Part shown: piece by piece, positions 23,372 through 31,912 of the stretch
How the letters are laid out: every line of letters begins with the position of its first letter
How positions within the stretch are numbered: the first letter of the stretch is position 1
Source of the DNA: Desulfobacteraceae bacterium
GTDB lineage: Bacteria; Desulfobacterota; DSM-4660; Desulfatiglandales; HGW-15
Direction of reading: 5' to 3'
NCBI GenBank assembly: GCA_050115555.1
Contig: JASFQI010000002.1
Coordinates: 1-45,961, forward strand
DNA length: 45,961 bases
The notes under the pieces: generated by a model
The model's database searches: none
What the model was told of the DNA's origin: nothing
What the model saw: the letters and a program-made list of their open reading frames with translations, nothing else
Position numbers and translations under genes: made by a program

Positions 23372-25174
23372 TCAATCCTCTTCCGAGCGCAGGGCTGCCA
23401 CAAAGGCGCTTTGAGGGATCATCACGGAACCGACCATTTTCATGCGTTTCTTTCCTTTTTTCTGTTTCTCCAGGAGCTTTCGTTTCCGCGTGATGTCGCC
23501 TCCGTAACACTTGGCCGTGACGTCCTTGCGAAAGGCAGAGATCGTGGAGCGCGCAATAATCTTTCCCCCGACGGCCCCCTGGATGGGGATCTTGAACTGG
23601 TGGCGGGGAATCTCCTTTTTCAGCCGCTCGCAGACCTGAAGCGCCCACTCCCGGGCGCGGTCCTGGTGCACGATGACCGACAGGGCATCCACCCGCTCGC
23701 CATTGACCAGGATGTCCAGGCGGACCAGATCGCTCGGGCGGTAGTCCAGCATCTCGTAGTCCACGGAAGCATACCCCTGGCTCACGGTCTTCAGCCGGTC
23801 GTAGAAGTCGTAGATGACCTCCACCAGGGGCATGTCCACGGTGAGCTCCACACGATCCGGCGTGGGGAAGGCCGTGCGGGGCTGCACTCCCCGACGGTCC
23901 ATGCAGAGCGGGAGGACCGTACCCAGATGGCGTTCCGGGACCAGAATGGAGGCGCGAACAAAGGGTTCTTCCGCCCCCTCTATCAGTGTGGGGTCGGGGT
24001 AGTCCTGCGGGTTGTCCACGATGATCGTTTCGCCGGATTTGAGGTGAAACCGGTATCGGACGCTCGGTGCCGTCATGAGCAGGGACAGGCCGAACTCCCG
24101 CTCCAGCCTGGCCTGGACGATTTCCAGGTGAAGGAGGCCGAGAAAGCCGCAGCGGAAACCCTGTCCCAGTGCGGCCGAGGCGTCCTTTTGAAAGACCAGG
24201 GCCGCGTCGTTCAGTGCATATTTGTCCAGGGCGTCCTTGAGGTCCTCGTAGTCGTCCGAGGCCATGGGGTAAATCGAGGAAAACACCATGGGCTTGACCT
24301 CACGGAAGCCGGGAAGAGGCTTCTCTACCGGGCGATCGTCCAGTGTGACCGTGTCCCCGATACGCGCATCCGCGATGTTTTTGATCCCGGCGATCAGGTA
24401 TCCTACGTCGCCTGCGGAGAGGGACTCCTGGGGGTCCCTGCCCAAGCGGAAGAAGCCGACCTCTTCGACGCGGTACCGGGATCGGTTGGAAAGGAGGCGG
24501 ATGGTGTCGCCCTTGCGCACGGTCCCGTCAAAGACGCGGCAGCAGATGATCACTCCCCGGAACGGATCGTAGTGGGCGTCAAAGATCAGGGCGGAGAGGG
24601 GCAGCTCCGGCCGGCCCGTGGGTGGGGGGATGCGCTTCACAACCGCTTCCAGGACCTCGTCGATCCCGATGCCCTCCTTGGCAGAGCACAGGACGGCCTC
24701 GGCGGCATCGAGCCCCAACTCGCTTTCGATCTGCTCCCGAACCCGTTCCACGTCCGCTGAGGGAAGGTCGATCTTGTTGATGACGGGTATGATCTCCAGG
24801 TCGTGATCCATGGCCAGATACACATTGGCCAGGGTCTGGGCCTCCACTCCCTGGGCCGCATCGACCAGAACGAGAACCCCGTCGCAGGAAGCCAGGGCCC
24901 TGGAGACCTCGTAGGAGAAATCCACGTGCCCCGGCGTGTCGATGAGATTCAACCGGATCTCCTCGCCGTCTCGGGAATGGTAGGGGAGGGTGACCGTCTG
25001 GCTCTTGATGGTGATCCCGCGTTCTCGTTCGATGTCCATGGTGTCCAGGATCTGATCTCGAAAATCCCGATCGCTGACCAGACCGGCGCTTTGGATCAAT
25101 CGATCCGCCAGGGTCGATTTCCCGTGATCGATGTGGGCGATGATACTGAAATTGCGGATGCTGGATGGTGTCAT
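23372..25174 (-). CDS. lepA: Elongation factor 4
   Basis: 600 aa. Has IRNFSIIAHIDHGKSTL, DTPGHVDF, NKID and the LepA-specific C-terminal domain. Confidence 0.96.
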   Translation of the reverse strand: MTPSSIRNFSIIAHIDHGKSTLADRLIQSAGLVSDRDFRDQILDTMDIERERGITIKSQTVTLPYHSRDGEEIRLNLIDTPGHVDFSYEVSRALASCDGVLVLVDAAQGVEAQTLANVYLAMDHDLEIIPVINKIDLPSADVERVREQIESELGLDAAEAVLCSAKEGIGIDEVLEAVVKRIPPPTGRPELPLSALIFDAHYDPFRGVIICCRVFDGTVRKGDTIRLLSNRSRYRVEEVGFFRLGRDPQESLSAGDVGYLIAGIKNIADARIGDTVTLDDRPVEKPLPGFREVKPMVFSSIYPMASDDYEDLKDALDKYALNDAALVFQKDASAALGQGFRCGFLGLLHLEIVQARLEREFGLSLLMTAPSVRYRFHLKSGETIIVDNPQDYPDPTLIEGAEEPFVRASILVPERHLGTVLPLCMDRRGVQPRTAFPTPDRVELTVDMPLVEVIYDFYDRLKTVSQGYASVDYEMLDYRPSDLVRLDILVNGERVDALSVIVHQDRAREWALQVCERLKKEIPRHQFKIPIQGAVGGKIIARSTISAFRKDVTAKCYGGDITRKRKLLEKQKKGKKRMKMVGSVMIPQSAFVAALRSEED

Positions 25175-25186
25175 GATTCCTTCACG

Positions 25187-26326
25187 TCAGTACAGGTCGA
25201 AACGCACAAGGCGACCGTCCAAGCCGCCGTTTTTCAAAGGTTTTTTCCAGGCCGGGTGAAGCCGGATCGTCGGGATGAGCTCCGGCCGGCCGAAGTAGAC
25301 AAAGGCACTTGCTCCCCGGCATCGCTGCTTCAGGAAATCACCGAATTCCCGGTACAGGCCGGGGATCTCCTTCGTATGCCCCAGACGGACCCCGTAGGGT
25401 GGGTTGCATACGATCGTGGTGTCCTGAAGATCCGGGATGTCGTGAAAATCCATGAGCTTCACCGACGCTTCCCCGCCCCCGGGCAGGCGTTGCGCATTGG
25501 CCCGCGCCGCCCGGACCGCCTTGTCCGAAAAGTCGCTACCGCCAATCAACCGTGGGGGAAGCGGGCGGATGTCGCGGTCCTCCCGTGAGCGGAGGGCCCG
25601 CCATCGATCCGGTTCAAAATCGGGCAGCCCCATGAACCCGAAACGCTGCCGAAGATAGCCGGAAGGGACCCGGCAATAGGCCGAGAGCGCCTCGCAGAGA
25701 AGGGTCCCCGACCCGCACATAGGGTCGTAAAGGGGGCGGGCGCCATCCCACCCGGAGAGGCGGATCACAGCTGCAGCCAGGGTTTCCTGCATGGGCGCCT
25801 CGACCGATTGAACGCGATACCCCCGCCGGTGAAGCGATCCCCCGGATACGTCCAGGCTGATGGTGGCCACGTCGTTTTCAATATGGAGCCCGAATCCCTG
25901 GTCCGGGTCTTTCCGATCTACGTCCGGTCGCTTCCCGAAGCGGTCGCGGATGGTATCCACGATGGCGTCCTTGAGCTTCAGCGCCGCGTACTGCGAGTGC
26001 CGGATCCGGCTGTTGGCAACCGATGCGAACACCGCAAATGTGTCCTCTGCAGAGAGCAGTTCGGCCCAGTCGATCTCCCGCGCCCTGCGATAGAGGTAGC
26101 GCGCGGCATGACAGCGAAAGCGGAGGAGCGGCGCGAGCACCCGCGTCACGAATCGGGCGCAGTAGACCGTTCTGTAGAGGCCTTCCGAATCCGTTTCGAA
26201 GTGGATTCCCCGGTGGACCGGCCGGAGGCTTCGGGCCCCGAGGCGGCGAAGTTCCTCCCCTGCCAGGTCAAGGAGCTCCCTAGGCGCCTGGGCGAAGTAG
26301 CGACCGTTTTTCTGATACTCCAACAT
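25187..26326 (-). CDS. THUMP-domain class I SAM-dependent RNA methyltransferase (RlmL/RlmK-like, COG0116)
   Basis: Start at ATG 26326 (MLEYQKNGRYFAQAP). Has the DPMCGSGTLLCEA SAM motif and the NPPYG catalytic motif. Confidence 0.82.
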   Translation of the reverse strand: MLEYQKNGRYFAQAPRELLDLAGEELRRLGARSLRPVHRGIHFETDSEGLYRTVYCARFVTRVLAPLLRFRCHAARYLYRRAREIDWAELLSAEDTFAVFASVANSRIRHSQYAALKLKDAIVDTIRDRFGKRPDVDRKDPDQGFGLHIENDVATISLDVSGGSLHRRGYRVQSVEAPMQETLAAAVIRLSGWDGARPLYDPMCGSGTLLCEALSAYCRVPSGYLRQRFGFMGLPDFEPDRWRALRSREDRDIRPLPPRLIGGSDFSDKAVRAARANAQRLPGGGEASVKLMDFHDIPDLQDTTIVCNPPYGVRLGHTKEIPGLYREFGDFLKQRCRGASAFVYFGRPELIPTIRLHPAWKKPLKNGGLDGRLVRFDLY

Positions 26327-26360
26327 GCCGTGCCGTTTCCCGTGGCCCTCAGGGAGCGAC

Positions 26361-26723
26361 TCACGAATGCCCATCGGTAATGTCCACAACGAGCTCATTG
26401 CCGGGAGATCGTTTCAGCACGACCTGGACAGGTTCTCCGTTTTCCATGAGCGCTTCGGTCTGTTTCCGGATCGAGGCCACGTCGGCCGTTTCCAGGAAGA
26501 GGCGAAGGAGCTCGATTTCCTCCTCCATTTCTTCGGCCGGTTCTTCTCGTGCAATGGCCTTCATACAGGCGTCCACCTGTCTCCAGTAGGTTTCCCGGGC
26601 AACGGTTTCCACGCACTTGCCCGGCCGCGGTGTGAGCACAACGGATCTCACGGCAATGCCCCCTTGGAATGTGTCGGATGAGAAGGACCGGTCCGGCCCC
26701 GCTTTACCCGCGTGAGATCGCAT
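26361..26723 (-). CDS. Small acidic hypothetical protein (start uncertain)
   Basis: The open frame sits between the M23 gene and the methyltransferase gene on the same strand. The C-terminal part is MKAIAREEPAEEMEEEIELLRLFLETADVASIRKQTEALMENGEPVQVVLKRSPGNELVVDITDGHS. Possible starts are 26723, 26651 (GTG) or 26564 (ATG). No family recognised. Confidence 0.4.
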   Translation of the reverse strand: MRSHAGKAGPDRSFSSDTFQGGIAVRSVVLTPRPGKCVETVARETYWRQVDACMKAIAREEPAEEMEEEIELLRLFLETADVASIRKQTEALMENGEPVQVVLKRSPGNELVVDITDGHS

Positions 26724-27249
26724 TCAGAAACGGTGTAGGATCCACCAGGTGGTCGGGCATCTCATGGCTGAACACGTTCCCCCCCAGGTAGCATGAAAGG
26801 GGTTCGGTCGGCACGTGTCGATAGCACTCGAAGTGGAGCATACTGTGATGGTTTTCCCGAATCAGGGCCTGAATGTACTTCGGAGCGTCTTCCGAAACCC
26901 GCTTCGGATCGAGCACGGATCCCACAAGCCCGATCACATCTCCGGCGCGCACGCGGTCGCCCCGGGAGACGCATGGTTCCCCCAGTTCGGCATACTTCCC
27001 TATGGGAGCAGCCGCGTGCCGGACGAGCACGTAGTAGGTCGTATTCCAGTAGGGGACGCGGTCGCTGGATGTAAAAGTCCCCACGTCCAGGACCTCGCCG
27101 TCATCCACGGCGAGCACACGGCTTCCCTCGGGGGCGTAGATGTCCACACCGCAGTGCCGTCGGTCTCCACGATTTTCCCAAAAAGCGCCCGAAGAACGAG
27201 CCTCGTTACCGAAAGAGGGTTCGCCCTCCGGGACGGGCCAGATTTTCAT
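26704..27249 (-). CDS. M23/LytM-family metallopeptidase-like protein without signal peptide
   Basis: Start at ATG 27249 (MKIWPVPEGEP). HCGVD (HxxxD), the glycine-rich GDRVRAGDVIGLVGS and the MLHFE (HxH-region) motifs. Confidence 0.75.
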   Translation of the reverse strand: MKIWPVPEGEPSFGNEARSSGAFWENRGDRRHCGVDIYAPEGSRVLAVDDGEVLDVGTFTSSDRVPYWNTTYYVLVRHAAAPIGKYAELGEPCVSRGDRVRAGDVIGLVGSVLDPKRVSEDAPKYIQALIRENHHSMLHFECYRHVPTEPLSCYLGGNVFSHEMPDHLVDPTPFLNAISRG

Positions 27250-27460
27250 CGAAACCGTCTCCTCGCAATGCATTCCGAAAGGCACTGAGTCCTGTGATTG
27301 TTTCCGTTCCTTCCTTTTCTTTTCTCAAATTCCGAGGAAACGTACTATACCCTCGTGCCGGGGAGGGGGCAAGGTGAATGTGGGGTTCGGTCCGATGCAT
27401 TATTTTCTGGTTTCTTCTTGCGGTTTTTCCTGGTAATAAAAAAAAGGATTTAGGATGTTG

Positions 27461-27563
27461 ATGGAGTCGCAATAAGCCGTGACCCAGAGATTTGCCCCTA
27501 GCGATTCCATGGCCTTACAGCATTGCCAACAGCGGTCGAGCGGGTTTTTGCGAGACCGTCAAT
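27461..27563. repeat. Copy A of a ~103-nt dispersed element (MITE-like or structured leader)
   Basis: It is the reverse complement of 32938-33040. About 86/103 positions are identical, with two 1-nt indels, by hand alignment. The first 12 and last 18 nt are identical. Internal inverted 9-mers TCGCAA(T/A)AA ... TTTTTGCGA. Confidence 0.8.
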
Positions 27564-27627
27564 GTTGAGTCCCGGATTTCCGCGGGCATTGTCCCCGGTG
27601 GATTCGATGGAAGAAAGGAGAAGGACC

Positions 27628-27999
27628 ATGCCGTCAAAAACCAGAGAAGCACGTCTCGATCAGAAAAGCTATCTCGAGACCAAGCTGAAGGAGCGCCTCG
27701 AGACCCTTGGTGAAAAGGGTCTGGACCCCCGTTGCGCTGCCAAAGACCGTGGGGTACGCAAGCTTCGCGCCGATCTTCGGAGCACGGTGGAGCGTCTTGC
27801 CACTATCGAGGAAAAGGAGAAGAAAATAGCGGAAATGGCCGGTCGAAAGGCGGAACAGCAGGCCGCCCCGAAGGACAAGGACAAGGGAAAGAAGAAGCAA
27901 GCCGGCGAGGATGAGCCCGAGATGAGCAAGCGCCAGAGAAAGAAACTGGAGAAACAACAGGAAAAACAGAAGAAGAAAACGGAAGAAAGCGAGAGCTGA
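27628..27999 (+). CDS. Lys/Glu-rich hypothetical protein
   Basis: ATG 27628 follows AAAGGAGAAGG. 123 aa: MPSKTREARLDQKSYLETKLKERLE...KDKDKGKKKQAGEDEPEMSKRQRKKLEKQQEKQKKKTEESES. No family recognised. Confidence 0.55.
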   Translation: MPSKTREARLDQKSYLETKLKERLETLGEKGLDPRCAAKDRGVRKLRADLRSTVERLATIEEKEKKIAEMAGRKAEQQAAPKDKDKGKKKQAGEDEPEMSKRQRKKLEKQQEKQKKKTEESES

Positions 28000-28139
28000 T
28001 CCTGCGGCCGTAGGAGTCCGCTATGTGGGTTCAGGGTGTAGCTATCTCCTTGGGTCCACGGCACACGTGAAAGCGATCCCCTCGGATTTTTCCCTCCGCC
28101 GAAACGGGGAGAAGAGGGAGATTCAAAAGGAGCGGCGAC

Positions 28140-28649
28140 ATGGATATACCGGGCGCGAGTGCCCTTGAGGAAAAGGTCGTCCTGGTTGTGGATGATGAGC
28201 CGGACGTGCTGGAGACCGTAGAAGATGAGCTGGACATGTGTATCGTGCACAAGGCCGGGGACTACGATACGGCCTTCCAGTACCTCGTGAGCTACACGTA
28301 TGATATCGTGATTCTGGACATCATGGGCGTGAATGGCTTCGAGCTGCTCAGGACGTCGGTATCCCGAGGGTTTCCCACGGTTATGCTCACGGCCCACGCC
28401 CTGTCGCCGGAATCCCTGAAGACCTCCATCAAGCTCGGCGCGGTTTCCTTTCTGCCCAAGGAACGCGTGTATATGATTCGCACTTTTTTGGAGGACGTCG
28501 TGCTGGGTCAGGGGAAACCGGTGTGGAAGAAACTTTTCGATCGCTTGGGGGATTACTTCAACAAGCGCTTCGGACCGGATTGGCAGGAACGGGATGAGTT
28601 TTTCCGCCGGTTTGAGGAGCAGTTGAAGGCGGAGGAAGACGGGGTTTGA
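28140..28649 (+). CDS. Response regulator receiver protein with ~50-aa C-terminal extension
   Basis: VVLVVDDEPD, the ILDIMG phospho-acceptor, MLTAH and FLPKE. The tail WKKLFDRLGDYFNKRFGPDWQERDEFFRRFEEQLK is unassigned. Confidence 0.85.
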   Translation: MDIPGASALEEKVVLVVDDEPDVLETVEDELDMCIVHKAGDYDTAFQYLVSYTYDIVILDIMGVNGFELLRTSVSRGFPTVMLTAHALSPESLKTSIKLGAVSFLPKERVYMIRTFLEDVVLGQGKPVWKKLFDRLGDYFNKRFGPDWQERDEFFRRFEEQLKAEEDGV

Positions 28650-28674
28650 TGCCCGTCTCGGCCCCTCCGAAGGC

Positions 28675-29472
28675 TCAAACCGAATGTGTCAGGAGCGTGT
28701 ACTGGTCAGGGCGCCGGTCTTGAAAGATATCGTTGCGATCCGTGACCCGCTTGTCTCTCGCCAGATCCTCCCGGATGTCCACAATTCCCACATGGTCTTT
28801 CGAGGCCGTTCCCTCCACGAGCACGGCCCCGGTCGGATCGGCTACCAAAGAGCCCCCTGTGAACGTGAGCCCGCGTTCCGTCCCGATTCGGTTGGCCGTC
28901 ACCGCGAAGATCCGGTTGGTCAGGGCATGGACCGGCACGGCCCGCTGAGCCAGGCCCGGCAGCACGAGATTGGCCGGATGTGCAATAATATCTGCGCCCT
29001 GAAGGGCCAGGATTCGCCAGACCTCAGGGAAGATCCAGTCGAAGCAGATCAGCATGCCGATGCAGAAGGCCCCGATTTGAAAGACCGGAAGTCCAAGGTC
29101 TCCGGGAGAGAAGAAGTCCTTCTCGTCCTTGAACAGGTGGAGCTTGCGATAGCTCCCCTGAACGCCGTCCGGTCCCACAAGCACGGACGAGTTGTAGAGC
29201 CGGTCCCCGGCACGCTCGTTGATTCCTGCCACAATGTAGGTTCCCCGGTCCCGGCAGCGCTCCTTGAGAAACGTAGAGAAAGGCCCCTTCCCGATCTCCT
29301 CGGCCCCTTTACGCGCCTCTTCCAGGGAGCGGAATGCATAACCGGAGTTGGCCAGCTCCGGGAGAACCAGGAGTTCCGCTTCCCCGGCCCGATCCAGCAG
29401 GGGGGACAGCCTTTCTAACGTGGCATCCACATTGCCGAAAACGGGTGCGAACTGAACGAAACCGATCTTCAT
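28675..29472 (-). CDS. Carbon-nitrogen hydrolase (nitrilase superfamily)
   Basis: Start at ATG 29472 (MKIGFVQFAPVFGN), overlapping the upstream stop (ATGA). Glu-Lys-Cys triad contexts: LVLPELANSGY, YRKLHLF, GMLICFDWIFPE. Confidence 0.85.
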   Translation of the reverse strand: MKIGFVQFAPVFGNVDATLERLSPLLDRAGEAELLVLPELANSGYAFRSLEEARKGAEEIGKGPFSTFLKERCRDRGTYIVAGINERAGDRLYNSSVLVGPDGVQGSYRKLHLFKDEKDFFSPGDLGLPVFQIGAFCIGMLICFDWIFPEVWRILALQGADIIAHPANLVLPGLAQRAVPVHALTNRIFAVTANRIGTERGLTFTGGSLVADPTGAVLVEGTASKDHVGIVDIREDLARDKRVTDRNDIFQDRRPDQYTLLTHSV

Positions 29473-30902
29473 GGGACCCCCGCATGGGCCAACTCGGCCT
29501 CGATGAGTCTGCGGAACGCTTCCGGGTCCGGGGTTCCGGGCCGAATGCGCCCATTGATGATGAAGGTGGGAGTCGCCTCCACACCGGCTTCCTCGGCGCT
29601 TCGAATGTCTTCCAGGATCCCTGCAACGTGCCTGCCGCTTTTCAGACATCGCTCGAACGGCTCCGCCTCCATACCGAGTTCAACGGCATACGCCACGAGC
29701 TGTGAATCGTCCGGATCCCCCCCGCCCATGAAGAGCAGGTCCTGGTACTCCCAAAACAGGCCCTGGTCGCGTGCACAACGCGCGGCCTCGGCCAGTCTTC
29801 GGGCGCTCTTGTGACGATCGAGAGGGAAGTCCTTGAACACCCAGCGGATCTTTCCCTGGAAGGCATCTCGAAGGGCCAGGGTGGTCTCGTGGGCCTGCCG
29901 GCATGCCGAGCAGGTATAGTCGGAGAACTCCACCACGGTTACGGGTGCATCCGGAGGACCCTGGGTAGGGCTGTCCCCCACGCTGATCCGGGTCAGGGGA
30001 AGAGGAGGTTCCACGAGGTAAAACTCCACGCCATACTGTCGACCGAGGTCGTCCAGGGTGGCGCGAAGGTGCTGATGGGCCTTCTCCTCAATCAGGTACG
30101 CGCGAATGCGCGTGCGCAAAGAGGATTCGGAGCCTTTCCATGAGGCTTGCAGCCCGGGATTTTCGGCTGCAAAAGCGTCCACTTCCTCGGGCGAAATATC
30201 TCCTGCCTCTCCCTGGATGCGCGATTCGAGCTCTTGTCGGGACAGATCCTGTTTTTCAGCCTCTTTCCGAAGCAGGATGTCGTCCACCATGCGGCGAAGC
30301 TGCTCCATCTTTTGCGCGTAGAGCTCCATGCGGGCGTCGTAGATTCGGGAGGACATGGAACGCTCCAGGTCCTGAATCGTAATCGTCTCCCCATCTATAC
30401 GGGCTGCGATCGTTTGCTCGGCCGCAGAGGGTGTTCGAGTCGTAAAGGTATGGTTTTCCCATGCAAACGGGATACAGGAAGCCACAAAAAAAAGAAGAAT
30501 CAGGGCCATGGCTTCCCAGGTCCTTTGCCTGCGGAGAACCACGGCCACGAGACCGACGACGACCCCGAAGGTGAGCATGCAGAACGGGCAGAAGACATTT
30601 TCCGTAACGAGGGCCGAGAGGAACGTCAGCTCCACCCCGGCGCCGATCATGATCAGACGAAAGGGAAGGGCCCGCCCGACGAAAAGGACTCCCGCCAGGA
30701 GCGCGTAGTAGCCGACGCCCAGCAGAGCTACGGGGATACCGAAGAGGGTAAAGGCCGCGGTTTCCCGGCAGCCGCCTCCGAACACCCCGCACAGATCGGC
30801 GAGCCACGCCATATGGGGCTCCAGAAAGGACAGAAGCGCGATTGCGATGCCGATGAGCGCCAGTGCGAACGGAAGAGGGTGTATGGGGGATCTTTTCGTC
30901 AT
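29469..30902 (-). CDS. VKOR-domain / DsbA-like thioredoxin fusion protein
   Basis: 477 aa. The N-terminal 4-5 TM segment has loop cysteines (LCGVFGGGC) and a CPFC motif, as in vitamin K epoxide reductase homologues. A coiled middle region follows. The C-terminal thioredoxin fold has FSDYTCSACRQ (CxxC). Confidence 0.8.
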   Translation of the reverse strand: MTKRSPIHPLPFALALIGIAIALLSFLEPHMAWLADLCGVFGGGCRETAAFTLFGIPVALLGVGYYALLAGVLFVGRALPFRLIMIGAGVELTFLSALVTENVFCPFCMLTFGVVVGLVAVVLRRQRTWEAMALILLFFVASCIPFAWENHTFTTRTPSAAEQTIAARIDGETITIQDLERSMSSRIYDARMELYAQKMEQLRRMVDDILLRKEAEKQDLSRQELESRIQGEAGDISPEEVDAFAAENPGLQASWKGSESSLRTRIRAYLIEEKAHQHLRATLDDLGRQYGVEFYLVEPPLPLTRISVGDSPTQGPPDAPVTVVEFSDYTCSACRQAHETTLALRDAFQGKIRWVFKDFPLDRHKSARRLAEAARCARDQGLFWEYQDLLFMGGGDPDDSQLVAYAVELGMEAEPFERCLKSGRHVAGILEDIRSAEEAGVEATPTFIINGRIRPGTPDPEAFRRLIEAELAHAGVP

Positions 30903-31040
30903 GAGTCCTCGGGCTCAAAGTCTTGTGCGATCGTCGAGAAACGGTGATTTCTTTGTCGACGAATGGAGTACGTCCCTTACCACATCCAATGCCGGTGTGC
31001 AATCCGGAGATGCCGGATCCGGGGAGGGGTTGTTTTCATG

Positions 31041-31140
31041 GGTAAGTTGATTTGATACCTTTAAAGTGATCAATAATAGACATGATATTATCCATTAAAA
31101 ATATAAATAAAGTATATTTAAGGCAAAATATTAGATCAAT
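31041..31140. promoter_or_regulatory. AT-rich island in the divergent VKOR-DsbA / TlpA control region
   Basis: About 19% G+C over 31051-31140 by my count, versus roughly 60% in the flanks. Contains the inverted repeat AAATATA-n7-TATATTT (31109-31129) and several TTGAT/TATAAT-like hexamers. Confidence 0.5.
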
Positions 31141-31329
31141 TCAGTCTCTCGTTTACACTCGGTTCGGGCTAGGTTGAAACGTTTTCCCGTTTTTCTCCTC
31201 TTTATGAAGGACAAAAAGATGCGGCGCGGGCAGGCTGTGAAGCTCGACAACGGCTTTGTCCTGGTGATAGAATCACTCTGATTTTTTCGGCCCGACCTGG
31301 AACGGCGCTGGGTCAATGAAGGAGATGCA

Positions 31330-31848
31330 ATGAGATTCCATGTGATTTCTGCGAAAGGGATTGTGGCTCTGAGTCTGCTGTTTATGCTTGGCCTTACCGG
31401 TGCGTGCAGTGAGACCGATGGGACTTCGGTCAAGGCCCCGGATTTTACCTTGGAGGACCTCTCGGGAAAGGCGGTGTCCCTGGAGGACTACCGGGGAAAG
31501 GTGGTGCTGGTCGATTTTTGGGCCACATGGTGCCCGCCCTGCCTTCGTTCCATCCCTGAGCTGGTTCGCCTACAGGAGAGCTATGCCGGCCAGGGCCTGG
31601 TGGTCCTGGGCATTTCCCTGGATGATCCAGGTATGGCGGACAATGCCTCCCTTCAGACATTCAAGGAAAAGCACCGCATGAATTATCCGGTGCTTCGAGG
31701 GAACCAACGCGTGGCCCGCGATTACTTCGGCGAAGAACGGATGGGCATCCCGACGATGTTCGTTGTGAATCGGGAAGGAAGAATCGTGGACCGACACGTC
31801 GGGTTCAAGCCGGGCGTTCTGGAAAAAGCCGTGCAAAAGATCCTTTGA
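31330..31848 (+). CDS. TlpA/ResA-like periplasmic thiol:disulfide oxidoreductase (lipoprotein)
   Basis: 172 aa. Lipobox LGLTGAC and thioredoxin motif FWATWCPPC. RBS GAAGGAG. Confidence 0.88.
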   Translation: MRFHVISAKGIVALSLLFMLGLTGACSETDGTSVKAPDFTLEDLSGKAVSLEDYRGKVVLVDFWATWCPPCLRSIPELVRLQESYAGQGLVVLGISLDDPGMADNASLQTFKEKHRMNYPVLRGNQRVARDYFGEERMGIPTMFVVNREGRIVDRHVGFKPGVLEKAVQKIL

Positions 31849-31912
31849 GAGGGTTCGGACGTTCGTCTCGAGGGATAACTCTACCGCACGGGCATGCTGA
31901 AGGGACCCTTCC

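Noticed and set aside
27408-27421. A second sigma-54 promoter (TGGTTT-CTTC-TTGC) upstream of repeat copy A
   Set aside because: The GG-to-GC spacing is one nucleotide short of the consensus and the -24 element is poor.
31204-31281. 25-codon ORF MKDKKMRRGQAVKLDNGFVLVIESL as a leader peptide or small protein upstream of the TlpA-like gene
   Set aside because: There is no Shine-Dalgarno sequence (the upstream stretch is pyrimidine-rich). There is no Cys, Trp or other regulatory-codon logic, and it is too short to judge.
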